Positions 34,606 through 48,000 of a stretch of 64,000 nt of DNA are shown here, piece by piece. The notes below the pieces were generated by a model, which ran no database searches, was not told the origin of the DNA, and worked only from the letters and a program-made list of their open reading frames with translations. Location: the NCBI GenBank assembly GCA_965649825.1, contig OZ287703.1:434001-498000 (forward strand), read 5' to 3'. The stretch is from Penicillus capitatus. Taxonomy: Eukaryota; Plantae; Chlorophyta. Position 1 is the first letter of the stretch. Each line of letters starts with the position of its first letter. Made by a program: the position numbers and the translations under genes.

Positions 34606-34935
34606 TTAACCAGAAGTAGACGGGGGTTTCTTACGGATCACTTCTCTTTCGACATCAAATTTAATCCATAGGATTCTTCTGTCTCGCTCGGCCGTCTTTT
34701 CTTGTACTTCAGTGAAGGGATCCTGTCTTTTTGAGCATTGGGTGCTAAGATGAGCTTTCTCGCAGTGGCGACAAACGAGAGAGAAACGGCATTCGGCGGC
34801 AATGCGATTCCCAGCTTGTCCGTATTTCCGAAAACGGCGGCGAGAATGCTCGTATTGACGTGTGCGACAGATTCGGTGACCCATTTTTTGCCATTTCTTG
34901 GTTGAGAAAGGCGTCAGTAAGGGTATCATTGGCAT
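34606..34935 (-). CDS. Short ORF with a CX2CX3HX4C zinc-knuckle-like motif
   Basis: LVCRHCEKAHLSTQCS in a 109-aa ORF; no other supporting homology. Confidence 0.2.
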   Translation of the reverse strand: MPMIPLLTPFSTKKWQKMGHRICRTRQYEHSRRRFRKYGQAGNRIAAECRFSLVCRHCEKAHLSTQCSKRQDPFTEVQEKTAERDRRILWIKFDVEREVIRKKPPSTSG

Positions 34936-36699
34936 GTATTGTTGGCTTTAAGATCGGCTGTTTTTACGTAAGTTCTTGTGTCGTCAGCGTGAGAATCGCA
35001 CCATGCCTTCATTCCATTAACGAAGAAATCTTCCGTCTCGCTTGTGTCCTTGGCATCAAAACACGGTCGCTCTGAAACGCAATATCATACGACGCCCGGA
35101 AGAAGAAAATGTGATGCGCATATAACCAGAGACGCCAGTTCCATCCAGCTTGTTCACGCGATGCATTGAGAAATGATGAGACAAAAACGATACTCTTATT
35201 TAACGGCGGCTTTTGATCTTTATCCGAGCATCAGAAGACATGTAGTTAATGACAGCTCCTGCACCGTGTCCTTGCAGACAGACGATGGGTCGCCATGTGA
35301 TTCGCTCGACGTTGCAAAACGCCAGCTCTATGTCGAGTTTGGGAAGGTGTAAACTTATCAATGTTCTTGACCAATGTAGACGATTCTGTTCAGTATTCCG
35401 CCACGAAGATGAAGTCGACTCTCGGACCACGATTCTTCAATGCTCCACGCACATCCTCGCCATTACAAGTGGCCGTGAGCTTCCATAGGATACACACCGA
35501 CTGTCACACTTCTGAAAGAAAGCGTTCCCGTCCACCATGGACCAGAGGTTGCCAACAAAACGTCGTCTGGATGACTCAATGATTGATCCGGTGCTTCCAA
35601 GACGAACCCTGCGCTTCTGTTGACGGGACATTTTCGCACAGACAGATACGCGACAAAAAATACTCAGTGACTCTAGTCTTCTACATGAACTCAAGCAACC
35701 AAAGATGAATAAGCTCAGGGACATGTCGCAGAGAATTAATAGAAAGAGATTGGATGCACCTCACCTTGTAGACGGCTGTTGGTGCTCAGCCGTGTCTGTG
35801 CCCCTGCGCATGCGGAGAATCGAGCTTCTGCAGAGCGAGACAATGTTGTTCGTTACTTGTTATGTGTAACATTGTTAACGCTTCCAACTTCAGTAGCTCG
35901 TCACGCAAAAGAGCAGTAAGAATGTGCGTCCAAGCGCCCTCCAGGATCGACGTGAGAATCAGCGGCCGTTCCAGGCTGTTTTGGTCCCTCAGCACGATCT
36001 TGAATATCCATGAAGGGCGGCGTGTCCGCCAGCCGACGAAATGGATCGCCCTCGCGGTGTTGGCTTCTCTTCGAAAAGAACCCTTGGTACCCGCCAAGGA
36101 GCGCGAAAGCAGTTTGTGCCGCCGTGACAAGCCAGCACACGAGGATGCTGTTTAGCCGCGAGGGGTGGCACAGTAGAGTCAGTCCATCCATCCTTGCGTC
36201 CGAGCGCACAGCGTGTTTCTTGTGAGGCGTGAGCGGAGCCCTTTTCCGTTCCGTCGAAGTCATGCAAGGCGACGGGTGGCGCTTCCGCTTCGTGGAGAGA
36301 CAGCCTCCGCCGGTGGTGGGAGGCGAATGGTCCCTAACCGTAGGGTGGATGCCGCGCGCACCGGAGTTCCGTCACGTCTTTGTCGATTTCCGAAAGCGGA
36401 CACGAGAATCTTGTGGTTTGGTGATGTTTTTAGGTCAGTTAGGTTAAAGGAAACAAAGTCGGAAAAAAGCATTAGAGTCCATCAAGGGTACACTCGAACA
36501 GATTTGGCCAAAAAACATGTCAGCACGCATTTGCTGTCATGACTCAGGTAGTCGGTCACCGCGTCCATGACAGGCGGACTAGAATAGATTTGGGTCGGAA
36601 CTGGTAACGGAGCGACAGTTCTGTCAGGGGAAGAGAGATGGAGACTTGACTGTGACTGCAGAGAGAACCTTCATCCTTCATCTGTACAGGGAAGGGTGC

Positions 36700-39600
36700 A
36701 CTCTATCACGACATGCCGACACACTGCTGGACGGATATCTACCTTTTGAGCAGGGTAGTGAGCATCTGCGACAACGGAATCGAACTCTGAGATCGACTCT
36801 CCACATGCCTTCTGTTTGGAGGATGCCGTGGCATGTCTGGTGTCCAACCGACCCACAGCATCGTGCCTTGTTCGTTCGCCGTTCGTGGCGCCGACGGAGG
36901 GTCCTGCTGGTGTCTGAGCTACACTGCCCGATTTCTCTGGATTTTCGGCGGAGATGGATTCGCGTGGAAACCACAATGGGTTAGGATTCTCTGCATCTGA
37001 TATTCGAGTGTCCGATCCGGCTGCTGTCGTCACACCTTCTACTGGCTCCAGAGCCAGCTCTAAGATCTCGGGATCATCGACGTCACACGCGAAATGCACA
37101 TTCCTCGATTATTCAGTGAGCGACACCTTGATTCTTCCTAGACATAGACCTGTATACGACGCAGGTCATATCACATCACTGCACCAGGGTGAGCCAGCGC
37201 AGCATTGCCTGATTCTTTCACTCTTCTGACCATCAGATCTCTTCTTCAGTGGCGAGGGATTTGCGAGATGGTCACTCCCTGCATACCTGTCCAGAAGATT
37301 CCATCCCCTGTCACTCTAGAGACAGATTTCTCGACCACGATCCAATCAGAGATTCGCAGCAGTCTCCCTCTCCACATTACGAATCGCGACCGTCGACGAG
37401 GAACGGAGAGTTGAGTGGAGTCCAGCGACCTCGGTCATCGAGAGAGTCTTTGGCTCTCAACGTTTGTTAACAGACCGTCCATCCATCCATTAAATCAGTC
37501 GTTGGTATTTGCACATCGAACGATCCACTTCAATCTAGTGTAACATCGTCTTCGTCGACTTCCCCGCTCCACCGCGATGCCTGCCACGAGAAGCACCGTT
37601 CACAGAGTGACGTCTCCGCGTGAAGGTGGATAGATGTTCCTAACAGAGTCATACGGATGTGTGACATTGTGACCGGGGCAAGAGTGAGAACGGACATGAT
37701 TCCAGATTTGGGGGGGAATGGGCTTAGAAGATCCAGTATGCGCCTGTTCAGCAAAACAGCTGGCTTCCAGGCAGATTCCACATGAAGTACGACGAACACA
37801 TGGACCGTCAAACAACACAGAACTGCACAGAAACACATCCTCTGCAGGAACGATCCCCGGACTTGCGCACCGCACAAGATGCGTCGAAAGCTAATGTCGC
37901 CAACAGGATGAAGGAAGACGTCAGCAGTCATCACATGTTGGCTGGTGTTGCAGGCTGAACGACTCCCACTGCTGCCTTGACGCGTGGGAATTGCCAGTCC
38001 GGTGGAAGATCGCGTGCTGTCAGATAGGGCTGCTCAGAGGGTCCGAGCGCCACTACGGAATCTTCCTCTATGCCGCGACCCTGATACCCTGCCGATGTGC
38101 GCCAACTGAAATACGTCTGCGTTTGAGTCAAGTTACAGAAGATGACTTTGTCTTGCGTGAGAAGATAGTGCATGCCGGCATTGTCTACTCGCCTCGCAGG
38201 ACGGCAGCTCTGGGTCTCGATCTATGCCAAAGATTCGCCGTTTCCTCCGTCAGGCGACAGAGCGCAGACGAACCATAGGACTGCAAGGTGATTAGAAGAA
38301 ACTTCGCCGCGTTCGGCGCAACGCATCGTACCGCATGCCACATCGCTATTCGAGATTCGCCTCGTTGGATCTGCATGGTAGATGCGCATGCGGCACGGAA
38401 GGACAGACTCGGCAAGACGTTCATTCGCGACGACCGAGAACACGAAAACGTGTCGTCACGCTGCTCAGAGTCCGTACAATTCGGGCGGTGGCATCATCGA
38501 CCGGACGGGTGGGTGGCCCCGCCGGCCGACCAATGGCACCTCGAGAACACCGCGTCCGGAATCAGACGAGGAGACAGCTGGCCGGCCGGTCGCTTGCAAA
38601 CCTCCGGTCGCTGCTAAACGAGGGACCTCAGCGGACGTTTTGCGTGCGTTCTGTGCATCCTTCCGAACGGAGGCGTAGTTTGGGATGCCGATTGTTTTCT
38701 CGGGGATGCGCCCGCTGTTAGAGCAGCCGCCGTGGACAACCTGGGCAGTGTTCATTTCCTTCTCCGCGCGACCTCAAACGTTCGTGCAGGCGACAGACAT
38801 GCCCGTCCGCGGCGGCGTAGATCGTTTTTCAAGTCCGGAGCGTGTTGTTGGCAGAGATCTTTTTGTTTGCCACCGTGAACAGCGGCAGATGACTCTTTAG
38901 TTTGTAGAGCATAAGCCATTCTCGGTTGCTGCAGCACCAGAGAGAATGGCAACGAGCGACTGCATCCTTGCATCCGGGCGGTCGGCTTACTCCTTGTGAA
39001 TGGAAGGCAGAGCCTATTTCTCTTTTACAGTGACCGCGCAAGGTGGTCGACCGTGTTTCGTTTCGCAGGGAAACTGCCTCGCTTCGTGCTGGGAGGCGAA
39101 TGGACGCCAACCGTCGGGCAGATGCGCGCAGCCGGAGCGAGTCACATCGTGCCTGTTTCCAAATGAGAGCGAGATGATCCTGCAGAGCTTTCCATACCAG
39201 CACCAGCTGCTGGGTCGCGGGCGACGGATGCGACGGAATTGGAAAATGCAGCTGTCAGCAAACGAACCAATGACGAATCCGGACACGTCGCTTCGAGTCT
39301 GCTGCCTGGATCAAGAACGCTAACTGTAGCTGCGCGGTATAAATTCGAGCAGGATTCTCGACCACTGCAATTTCCCTTTACGCGTTTGTGTCTTCTGTCT
39401 CTCCGAGGTTTTCCGAACTCAGTCTCGAGCACCATGTCTGCCAACGCAGCTCTGTTCGTCTTCGCCGCTATTCTCTGCCTCCACGCAGCAAGATCCCGTC
39501 TACCGCAGAAACCCTCGATGGAAAGTGTTTGGTGTTCTGGCAGGCGACTGCCTACCGCCCCGCCACGGAGTTGGTCGCCGACGAAGATGACCACGTCGTC

Positions 39601-39900
39601 GGCAAGCCGTTCTTGAAAACTGGCATCGCCAATCAACGTATGGCGACCAGCGTAGCGAGAACTCTTGTTTACTTGCATGTGCGTGTGAAGCGTTTGATAG
39701 GAAGTACGATCAATCACCTGTCCGGACGGAAACCGCATCGAACCCTGGAGACTGCAGGAACATAATGTGTTATGGGTGTAAGTTGCCAGATCGATTCGGT
39801 CAAGTGTCGAATGAGGCTGGCTCTGTGTAGATACCCTTCGAGGATGGGACTTTTATCATCGTACTGGTGAATGCAATGGATACTTAAAGGTGTATCCCAT
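36700..39900 (-). pseudogene. Possible decayed ankyrin-like and U-box/RING-like fragments
   Basis: Weak motifs in different frames: VHFACDVDDPEILELAL (about 37050-37100), GESRIAMWHAVRCVAPNAAKFLL (about 38290-38360), FPSGQVIDRTSY and GYLHRASLIRHL..TPIT (about 39700-39840). There is no continuous ORF and these may be chance matches. Confidence 0.18.
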
Positions 39901-42060
39901 CATACCCGCGTCTGGCTGGGTGTTAGGCATGTGCGCCCCATTACGCTAAAGAGGTCGCCTAAAAAACGAAGCCGATCGCATTCTTTCCGGTATAAGTTCT
40001 GGAGATTTTGCATGACTCTCTAGAACAATCCGGTTACCTTTGAATGTTCGATTTAATGAACATCGCAGCCGTTTTTTGAACTCGTCTCCTGACGCATGCC
40101 CTTTCCAACGATCATGCGTACGAATTCGGACTGCTAAGATAAGAGTGAATGCGCACGGCTCGAGAAGATGAGTAGACGGTGGCGCTGGATACCGCTGAGG
40201 CTTGGCAAATACATGTTGCACAAGAGGTGAGAAGATCTTTAACATAAGACAATCGAGATGCTGAAGAAGCTCGTAACAACAGCATCCGATTTTCTGTCAT
40301 CGTCCGTGGCCTTACGATGGCGTTCACGACGGCCGCACACATCGAAGACAGATTTGGCTCCTGAACTACTATTGCATACGAGCGACCGACTTTGCCAACC
40401 GGTCTTTCTGGTAATACTCCACTCTGGCCTTTATGTACATCAAGAAACTCTCCAACTGCCGTGTTTCCTTCCGGGGCAGATGTCTCAACGCTCCGCTCCG
40501 CTCGTTATGACAAAGCAAACGCAGCTGTTTGTGGATTCGGATAGAACAAGAGTGCATGGATGCCTCGTTTGTCAGATCATGTTGCTGCTTCAACAAGCCA
40601 AATGCAGCGTGTGCTCAGTCCATTGACGTCGACCTACATTACAGAGACATCTCAGCTGAACTCTTGGGGAATCGTCAGATGCTTTGGAGGACAATGGGAA
40701 AATGATGCGGTACTCGGCCTCAACGAATGCCTCGATTTCAGGGCACTCATCTGAGTTTCGATTTCCAAGGCGATCGAAGGGAGCGCCAGAACAACTGATT
40801 TCTGCGTATCGATAAGATGTCTATCGCGTCTTTCCATTTGCTCTAGGAATGGCAGTGATCCGTCTGAGAAAACATCCCAGATTCATCGATCTCACACATG
40901 TGTACAGTAGATGTGGAAACTAGAATGGCAACGACCTGTTCTGAGGTAAGAACGTAGCTGTGTCGGTTCGAAACGGCCCTTCAAATCGGATAGCTTCAGA
41001 CGAAGGTGAGTACGCAAACGATAGAGAGGCTTAAAAAAAATGTGTAACCTCAATGAGATGAGATAGGCAGCAGATAAGACAGAATCTTCGAAACTGAGCG
41101 ATGCAAACAAAACGCAATGTAACGGAAGCATCAACAGATCTCGCAGTTCTCTGCAACATTATGAAGTAAGCGTTGTACTAAGACGATAAAGACCTTTGTC
41201 TGTGCCCAATCCTCGAGTGCTTGGCCCTTCTGCACGTGTGTCATCTCGAAGGGGCTTCACCGGTTGACAAACGCAGTTCAGAGATTGTTTATGCACGAAA
41301 CATGTCTCATCAAGTCGAACAAGAGTCCTACAGAGTCTCCTGTCATAAGAGAAAACCTAGCCGCTAAGGTCTTCAGGCAACCGTCATAATGACATGAAGA
41401 CCACCGCACTACATCCAGTCAGGTACAGATTACTGTCGACAGACAGACACTCCGACTTCATCTCAACGCTAGAGAGAGAATTCCCCGTCACCGCAATTGA
41501 CCCATCCTTAACTTTGCTTCTGTGATCTCTGAACGCCGCGCATGGATGCGAACAATTCCTTGTACATGAACAATTTGTCAGTCTCCTAGTCCACAGTCCG
41601 ATCCTTGTTAGTTTGGTCGTCAGCACGCAGCATCCACTCACTCGCAGTACTCTATCGCGTCTCCTGCCTCCTTGGAAAACGTAACTGAAGGCAGCCGTCA
41701 TCGTCAGTAGGGTGTCACTTCACTTCGATCTGACAGGCGATGCGACCCACCGTGCTCAGCACGGACTGACCTTTCTGATCTGCGCGAACCTACGTTTATT
41801 GTTTTCACCTGCGTTTCCCTCAGCATCGATCGTGCGTTAACGCCTTCTGCTTTAAAAACCAACCTGCCGAAAGTAAGGAACGAAGTATTTACTCTTGGAC
41901 GTTGACGTGCGCGCGCACATCCGCCATCTGTGAACTCCGCGTTCGCATGCGTGACTTCATTCTGAAAAGCTGCTACTACCATACTTCACGCGTCGAACGT
42001 TTCAACCGCTTCCGAGACTCGTCTCTTCCGCTTCAACGCGTCTCCTGCTGCTAGGCTACG

Positions 42061-45000
42061 ATGGAACCGTCATGGAAATGGTTCGAGCTCTCAGTGCTTC
42101 AAGAAGCGCTGAAGGATTCTCTCGACGCAACAGACAACAACGCCCTCGAGAACATGTGTTTAGCAATTGACGCCATTATAAGTCGCGGGTCCATCGAGAC
42201 AACGGAAACTGACCTAACAAACGCTGGCATGGTTGTCTTCTTCAAATGCATTGTTCAGGCATATGCGGTTAAAGTCTTCAAAACAAAGACGGTCGCAAGC
42301 GGCCCGCTATCCCGGATCTTGAACTGGTTCGTGAAGAACATATCTTCTAAACAGCGACGTGTCATTTTCGAAATCCTCTTTTGTGAAAAAGAATACGATG
42401 CTTCAAGACTTCAGGTGGCCACTGTTGCAAAGAAGAAGGAAGGGAAAATGAAGCTAGAGAGAGACATTAAAAAGGCCAGCCCTACAATACTTCTCCAGCT
42501 ACTTGCTCTCACGAACTTCACAAATCAGGAAACTGATGCTGTTCTCAACCTACTGCTGTACGCCATTTGCAAAGATTCTGACAGTGATGTCAACACGACG
42601 TCTTCAAAGCCAAGGACTGGCGAAAAAACCATCGAGGACGAAATGATCGCTTCCAAAGAGCTCTTGTCCCTGTTCCTCAATCGTTCACTAATCTCAGACA
42701 CGCCTCATGGAAACACCAGTGCAGAAATCACCGAAGAGATCCAAGCGGATGGACACATCGATGTGTCCCAACACGATAGTGAATCGAAGGAAGATCAGGA
42801 GGCAGATCATGGAGACGAGTCAATTTCTGACACACTCCTTGTGACTGCTATGAACACCTGTTCATCCGAGGATGCATTTTCTGCATTTCTTTCCAACCTC
42901 AACACGCTTTACAATGGATCTCTCGTTTTCAAAAAACCACAACTCCATAGAATCCTAGAAACAATGTTGTCTTTAGAGGAGGTGGACGCCTCTGCCTTTC
43001 TGCTTGGGGGAGTGAAATCTGAACTAGTTGACAACGTGGCCCTTTTTTCTGACATTGCTGAGTATCTGTTTGTAGCACCTGTTCTGTATCTCACTAGTCC
43101 AGTATTGTCCTTTGACAATATCTGTGGATTGATTTCTCTTTGTGCCGAACACATTGTCTTAGAAACTCCATTGCGTTTTCCTGATGTTTTTAGTGTTTTT
43201 GTTAAGCATTCCGAAGTTAAAGATGGGAATACTCAGTGGATCTGTGAACGTCTGCATCTGCTGTCGCTGTTCCTTTCAGATGAAACGGAGTCTGTCGATG
43301 CGTCGAGCATCAGTGAAGCTTTTGTTGAATCGTTGTTTGCCGCGTTTCTAACCCTAGAAGATCAAATGCACTGGGAAGATGAGGAAAATCTCCATTTCGA
43401 TGTGTTTGCGGATCTTACAACAATAATTGAATACTGCCACAAGAACGCATCTTTTCCTGTCTTTTCCAGCCTTTTAAAGGTTTCTCAGCTGAATATTGAT
43501 GTGTTTACTCAACTGTCTGGAAAGTTCTGCTCACCTGGAATGATGTATAGATGGGGCAATCAGCCCGATACAGAGGATGTGATCGCTCTTCTGGAGCTCT
43601 GCAAAGTACCTCAGAGCGAAAGCATTGAATGGGTGCTGATGGCATTGGAATCTCTTCTTGAGTCCGAAGCCGGTCGCAATGAGATATACAATTCTCAAAG
43701 AAGCGATGCTGATTGGATTGAAGTGTGCGGAACATTGCTCGACAAATCTTCTAAGGAGTCAATGGCCACCAAGGCAGTGCCAGCTTTAGTGCGCCTCGCA
43801 TGTACCCTCGGCAAAGATAAATGCATCCATCCGATCAATGCCCTGATGTCCGAGATAGAGCAACTACTGTGTGCTGAACTCTCAACAGAGGATTTCTCCA
43901 AATTTGTAACCGTACTGGCTGACCTGTCCGCAGACCTTCTAAAAGAAGTCATTGCAGCAGCATGCAATGCGGCAGCTGGGATAGAGCGCATTGAAGATGT
44001 CCAATTCTTCTCCCACCTGCTGACCAATCTCACCGATCCTTCCAGCGAAAGAACAGAACCACTCAAGGATGCTCTCTTCTCTGCACTCGGCGAGCTCTTT
44101 GGCCTGATGCGTGAATGCGATGGGAAAGGCAGAATCAATTCCTTGATGGAGCTGATCTGCTTTATCCTCGATAACCGAAACGCTCTAGTCCACAAAGTGG
44201 AAGCTCGTCCATCCGACAACCACACCGCCGCCATACCACCCTTCTCCTCCGCGAGATTCCCAGATGGCCAAGGCATCCAGTCGGAGACTGCATCTCTGAC
44301 GGACCTGAGGAGGATGATCGAGACCTTTGAGCGACCCGGTCTGTCTCTGGAGAGCAGCGACCTGCGCAACGCCGTGCTGCAGACGTACAGGCCTCCGTGC
44401 AAGGAAAAGGAAGAGGATGGTGCATCCGAGTCCAAAGAGAGATCCATGATCCTGACCGCCACGACCGAAGAGAACATCGCAATGATCCAGGAGGTGGTCG
44501 CCGACGGCAACCCTGTTCTGCTGATCGGATCCACCGGGGTGGGGAAGACAGCCACACTCACGGAGGTGTGTCGCCGCAGAGGAGTGAAGTTCGTTCGGAT
44601 CAACATGTCGTCCAACCTCACTCCCGAGGACTTCCTGGCCAAGGTGAATGTGGACAGCAGCGGCAAGATCGTCCAGGAGCTCCAGCCGTTTGCCGACAGC
44701 TTCAAGAACGGCGTCTGGGTTCTGCTCGACGAGATGAACCTTGCCGAGGAGGGCGCTCTGAAGGTCGTCATCGATGCGATGGAGTCCGGAGAGATAACCA
44801 TCTGCGACCAGAGCTCTGCCCTGTCCTCCACCGCCGTCATCAAGAAGCACCCAGACTTCCGTCTGTTTGCCGCCCAGAACCCCTGGCAGGCGGGCAAGAG
44901 AGAGCGCCTCAGCGACTCCTTCATGTCCCAGTTCTCCATCATGCACTTCAAGGAGCTTCCCAGAGACGAGTGGAGGGAGATCGTCGAGAAGAAGATCGCC

Positions 45001-48000
45001 GAGGGAAGAGACAACAACCCGGAGCTGATTCAGAAACTGGCTAAGCAGATGACGGACTTCCACTGCGACGTCAGAGAGAGGATCGCAGAGGGCTGCTCCG
45101 AGAAGGGAAGCTACGCGACGATCACCAACCGCGAGCTGCTCATGTGGACGGACATGGTTCTGGCCGAGGAGGAACTCGTCCAGGCAGAAGAGAAGCTGGG
45201 CGATCACGCGTGGCTGATCTACGGATGCCGTTTTCGAGGCGACGGACGGCAGCTGGTCCAGAAAGTCATCGGCGATCGCAGCCTGACCTTCCGCTCCGAG
45301 GGGTCCAGACTGGAAGACGCGAACGAGAGGTTCGCCAGGATCCAGGGCCCCTGTCTCCGGAAGGACGTCACACTCGTGGACCAGTTCTGGACAGCCCACT
45401 TCTCCAGCGAGCCGTTTCCGGACGAGGATGCCAGGAAGGCGTTCGATGCATGCGCCGCCGTCCACAGATCAGTGCTGAGGAAGATCCAGGGTGCCGAATT
45501 CATGAAGACGTTCGGCGTCTACACCACGTTCTCGGAGTCCTGGCTGGCCAAGTGGATCGCCGACGCCTTGGAGAATCGCCTGTTGGGGACCGACGATTGG
45601 ACAGGACTGGGACGGCTGGGAACAGAGATTTACTGCTCAAGGATCAGACACGACCAGGCAATGAGCGACGTCTTCGACGTCTTCGCGCAGCACTTCGACC
45701 TCGGTCTCGCGGATGTGCCATCGATGACGTCGTCCGTTCCCGAGATGCCCGTCGTCCTCAGCGATCAGATGTGCCAGCACCTCGTCTCCGTGGCGGAGGC
45801 CGTTCGCAGCGAGCAGCCCGTCCTGATAGAGGGAACAGCCGGTTCAGGCAAGACCTGTCTGGGAAAGGTCATCGCCTTTCTCCTGGGAAACCACTACGAG
45901 CAGGTCACCCTCACTCAGGAGAGCGAGCCGTCCGCGATGCTCGGAGAGTGCCTGCCGAGCAGCAGTCCCGTCGGCGAGGGCATCGTGCAGTGGAGGGACG
46001 GTCCGCTGACCAGGGCCTTCGTCCAGGGCAGCGTCTGCATCGTGGACAACATCGGCCAGGCCGAGCCGGTCCTGCAGGAGAGGATCAATCCGGTGCTGGA
46101 GTCCCCCAAGGTGCTGTGCCTGACAGAGAGGGGAGACACGGAGGCGCTGAGGTGTCGCGTGCTTGCGGACGGAACGTGGTCGAGCACTCCTGGACCGGCC
46201 AGAGGCTTCCAGTTCATCGCCACCTTCACGCCCAAGGGCGTCGCCGCCAGGGGAATGGACAGCCTGTCCAAGGAGCTCACGGCCGCCCTGTTCAACCGCT
46301 TCGTCACCATCCACATCGACGATCCCGCATGCGGACCGGACGACGAGTTCCGCGGGGCGCTGGAGGCGATGGTCCGCTGCTGTCTGCCGAGGGATCGCTG
46401 CGAGGCATCGCTCAACGCGATCTCGGACTACTGTCTGAGGATCAGACGCTTCGTGTCGAAGAGCACCCAGATGTTCGTGTCCTTCAGGGATTTTGCCACC
46501 CTGATCGACGTCGCGACCGTGCTGATGATCCGGAGGCCGGAGGTGGAAGACCAGGTCGCCCTGCACTGCGCGATGACGGTCGCGTTCGCCGCCCAGATGA
46601 GGGACGGCGACCTGAGGCGCTCTCTGTGTACCGAGATGGGATGTCCGAGCGATGCGCTCGGCCAGCTGAAACTGCTCGATCGCTTCGAGAAGAGCTCCGA
46701 TCTGGTGCTCACCGAGTCGAGGAAGGCGCACGCGCAGGCGGTGCTCCTGGGTGCCTTTGTCAACAAGCCGGTGCTGCTCGAAGGAAAGCCAGCTGTCGGG
46801 AAGACGTCTCTGGTGCAGGGCCTGAAGGGATTCGGAGGCGCCGACAAGTCGGTGAGGGCTCTGAGCAACAGCGACACGACCACCATCCAGGACTACTTCG
46901 GAACCTGGATCCCGTCGGACAGCGGATTCTCCTTCCAGAAGGGGATCCTCGTCCAGGCGATGGAGGGCGGCGACTGGTTCATCTCCGACGAGTTCAATCT
47001 GGCCCCCGTCGCCGTGATCGCTGCTCTGATGCCGTTCCTGGAGGGGAACTGCACCGTCCAGATTCCCGGAAGCGACATGAGGGTGAGTGTCCATCCGGAC
47101 TTCAGGTTCTTCGCCACCCAGAATCCGTCTCGCGGCGGGAACGACGGCAGGAAGCAGCTGCCGATCACCGTGCGGAACCGCTTCCTGGCAGTCGACGTGG
47201 AGGACTTCCCCCGGGACGAGCTGCAAGAGATCGTCAGAGACAAGTTCAGAGGCGGACGATACGAGGGCATCGCGGAGGAGATGGATTCCAGGGCTCTGGC
47301 GGAGCTCTACTTCGCATCGGCCGACGGACTCCGTCTGACCATGAGAGACATCGTCAAGATCGTGCGCAGATACAAGATGCTGAAGGACGAAGGGCGGCAG
47401 AAGGTGACTTGGGCGGCGACGGCGATGTCGTTGCTGGGTCCTCGGGCGACCACGACAGAGGAGACATCCAGGCTGACGCAACTGATCGAGTCCAGCTTCG
47501 GATCCGGCGGCGTAACTGAGGCGGAGGCCTGCGCAAGGAAGCACGTCAAGCGGGAACGCCAAGGCGTGAGCTTCTTCCAAGGAAAGCTCCACGTCCACTT
47601 CCACGGATTCAAGCTCGACAACAGTCCGCTTTGGAGGGACAGTCTCTCTGGGAATGGTCCTCCTGCCGTCTTCCAGGACAAGTTGGTCGATCTGGCTTTT
47701 GCTCTGAAGGCCAACGAGCCAGTGCTCCTCTTCGGAGAATCTGCGTTCAAGACGGAACTCATCAAGACGTGGCTGGAGCTGTCGGGAATGACAGAGAGCG
47801 TGCAGCGCGTCCACTTGACGTCGCAATCTGAGGCGACAGACCTCATTGGCCAAGTGCAATTGTTGTCCTTCGTGGACGTGCTTAGCAGTCTAGCATCAAC
47901 TGGAGACTTCATCCTCTCTTACCTGGGCCAACAATTGACAGAAAAGTCAAAACCGCCTACACTGAAATTAAAGAATGTGTATATCTGCGATCTTCGAGAA

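Noticed and set aside
26228-42043. 14-nt direct repeat GCTTCAACGCGTCT near both gene starts (about 26228 and 42030)
   Set aside because: Several 14-mer matches are expected by chance in 64 kb. One copy is coding and the copies have opposite orientation relative to their genes.
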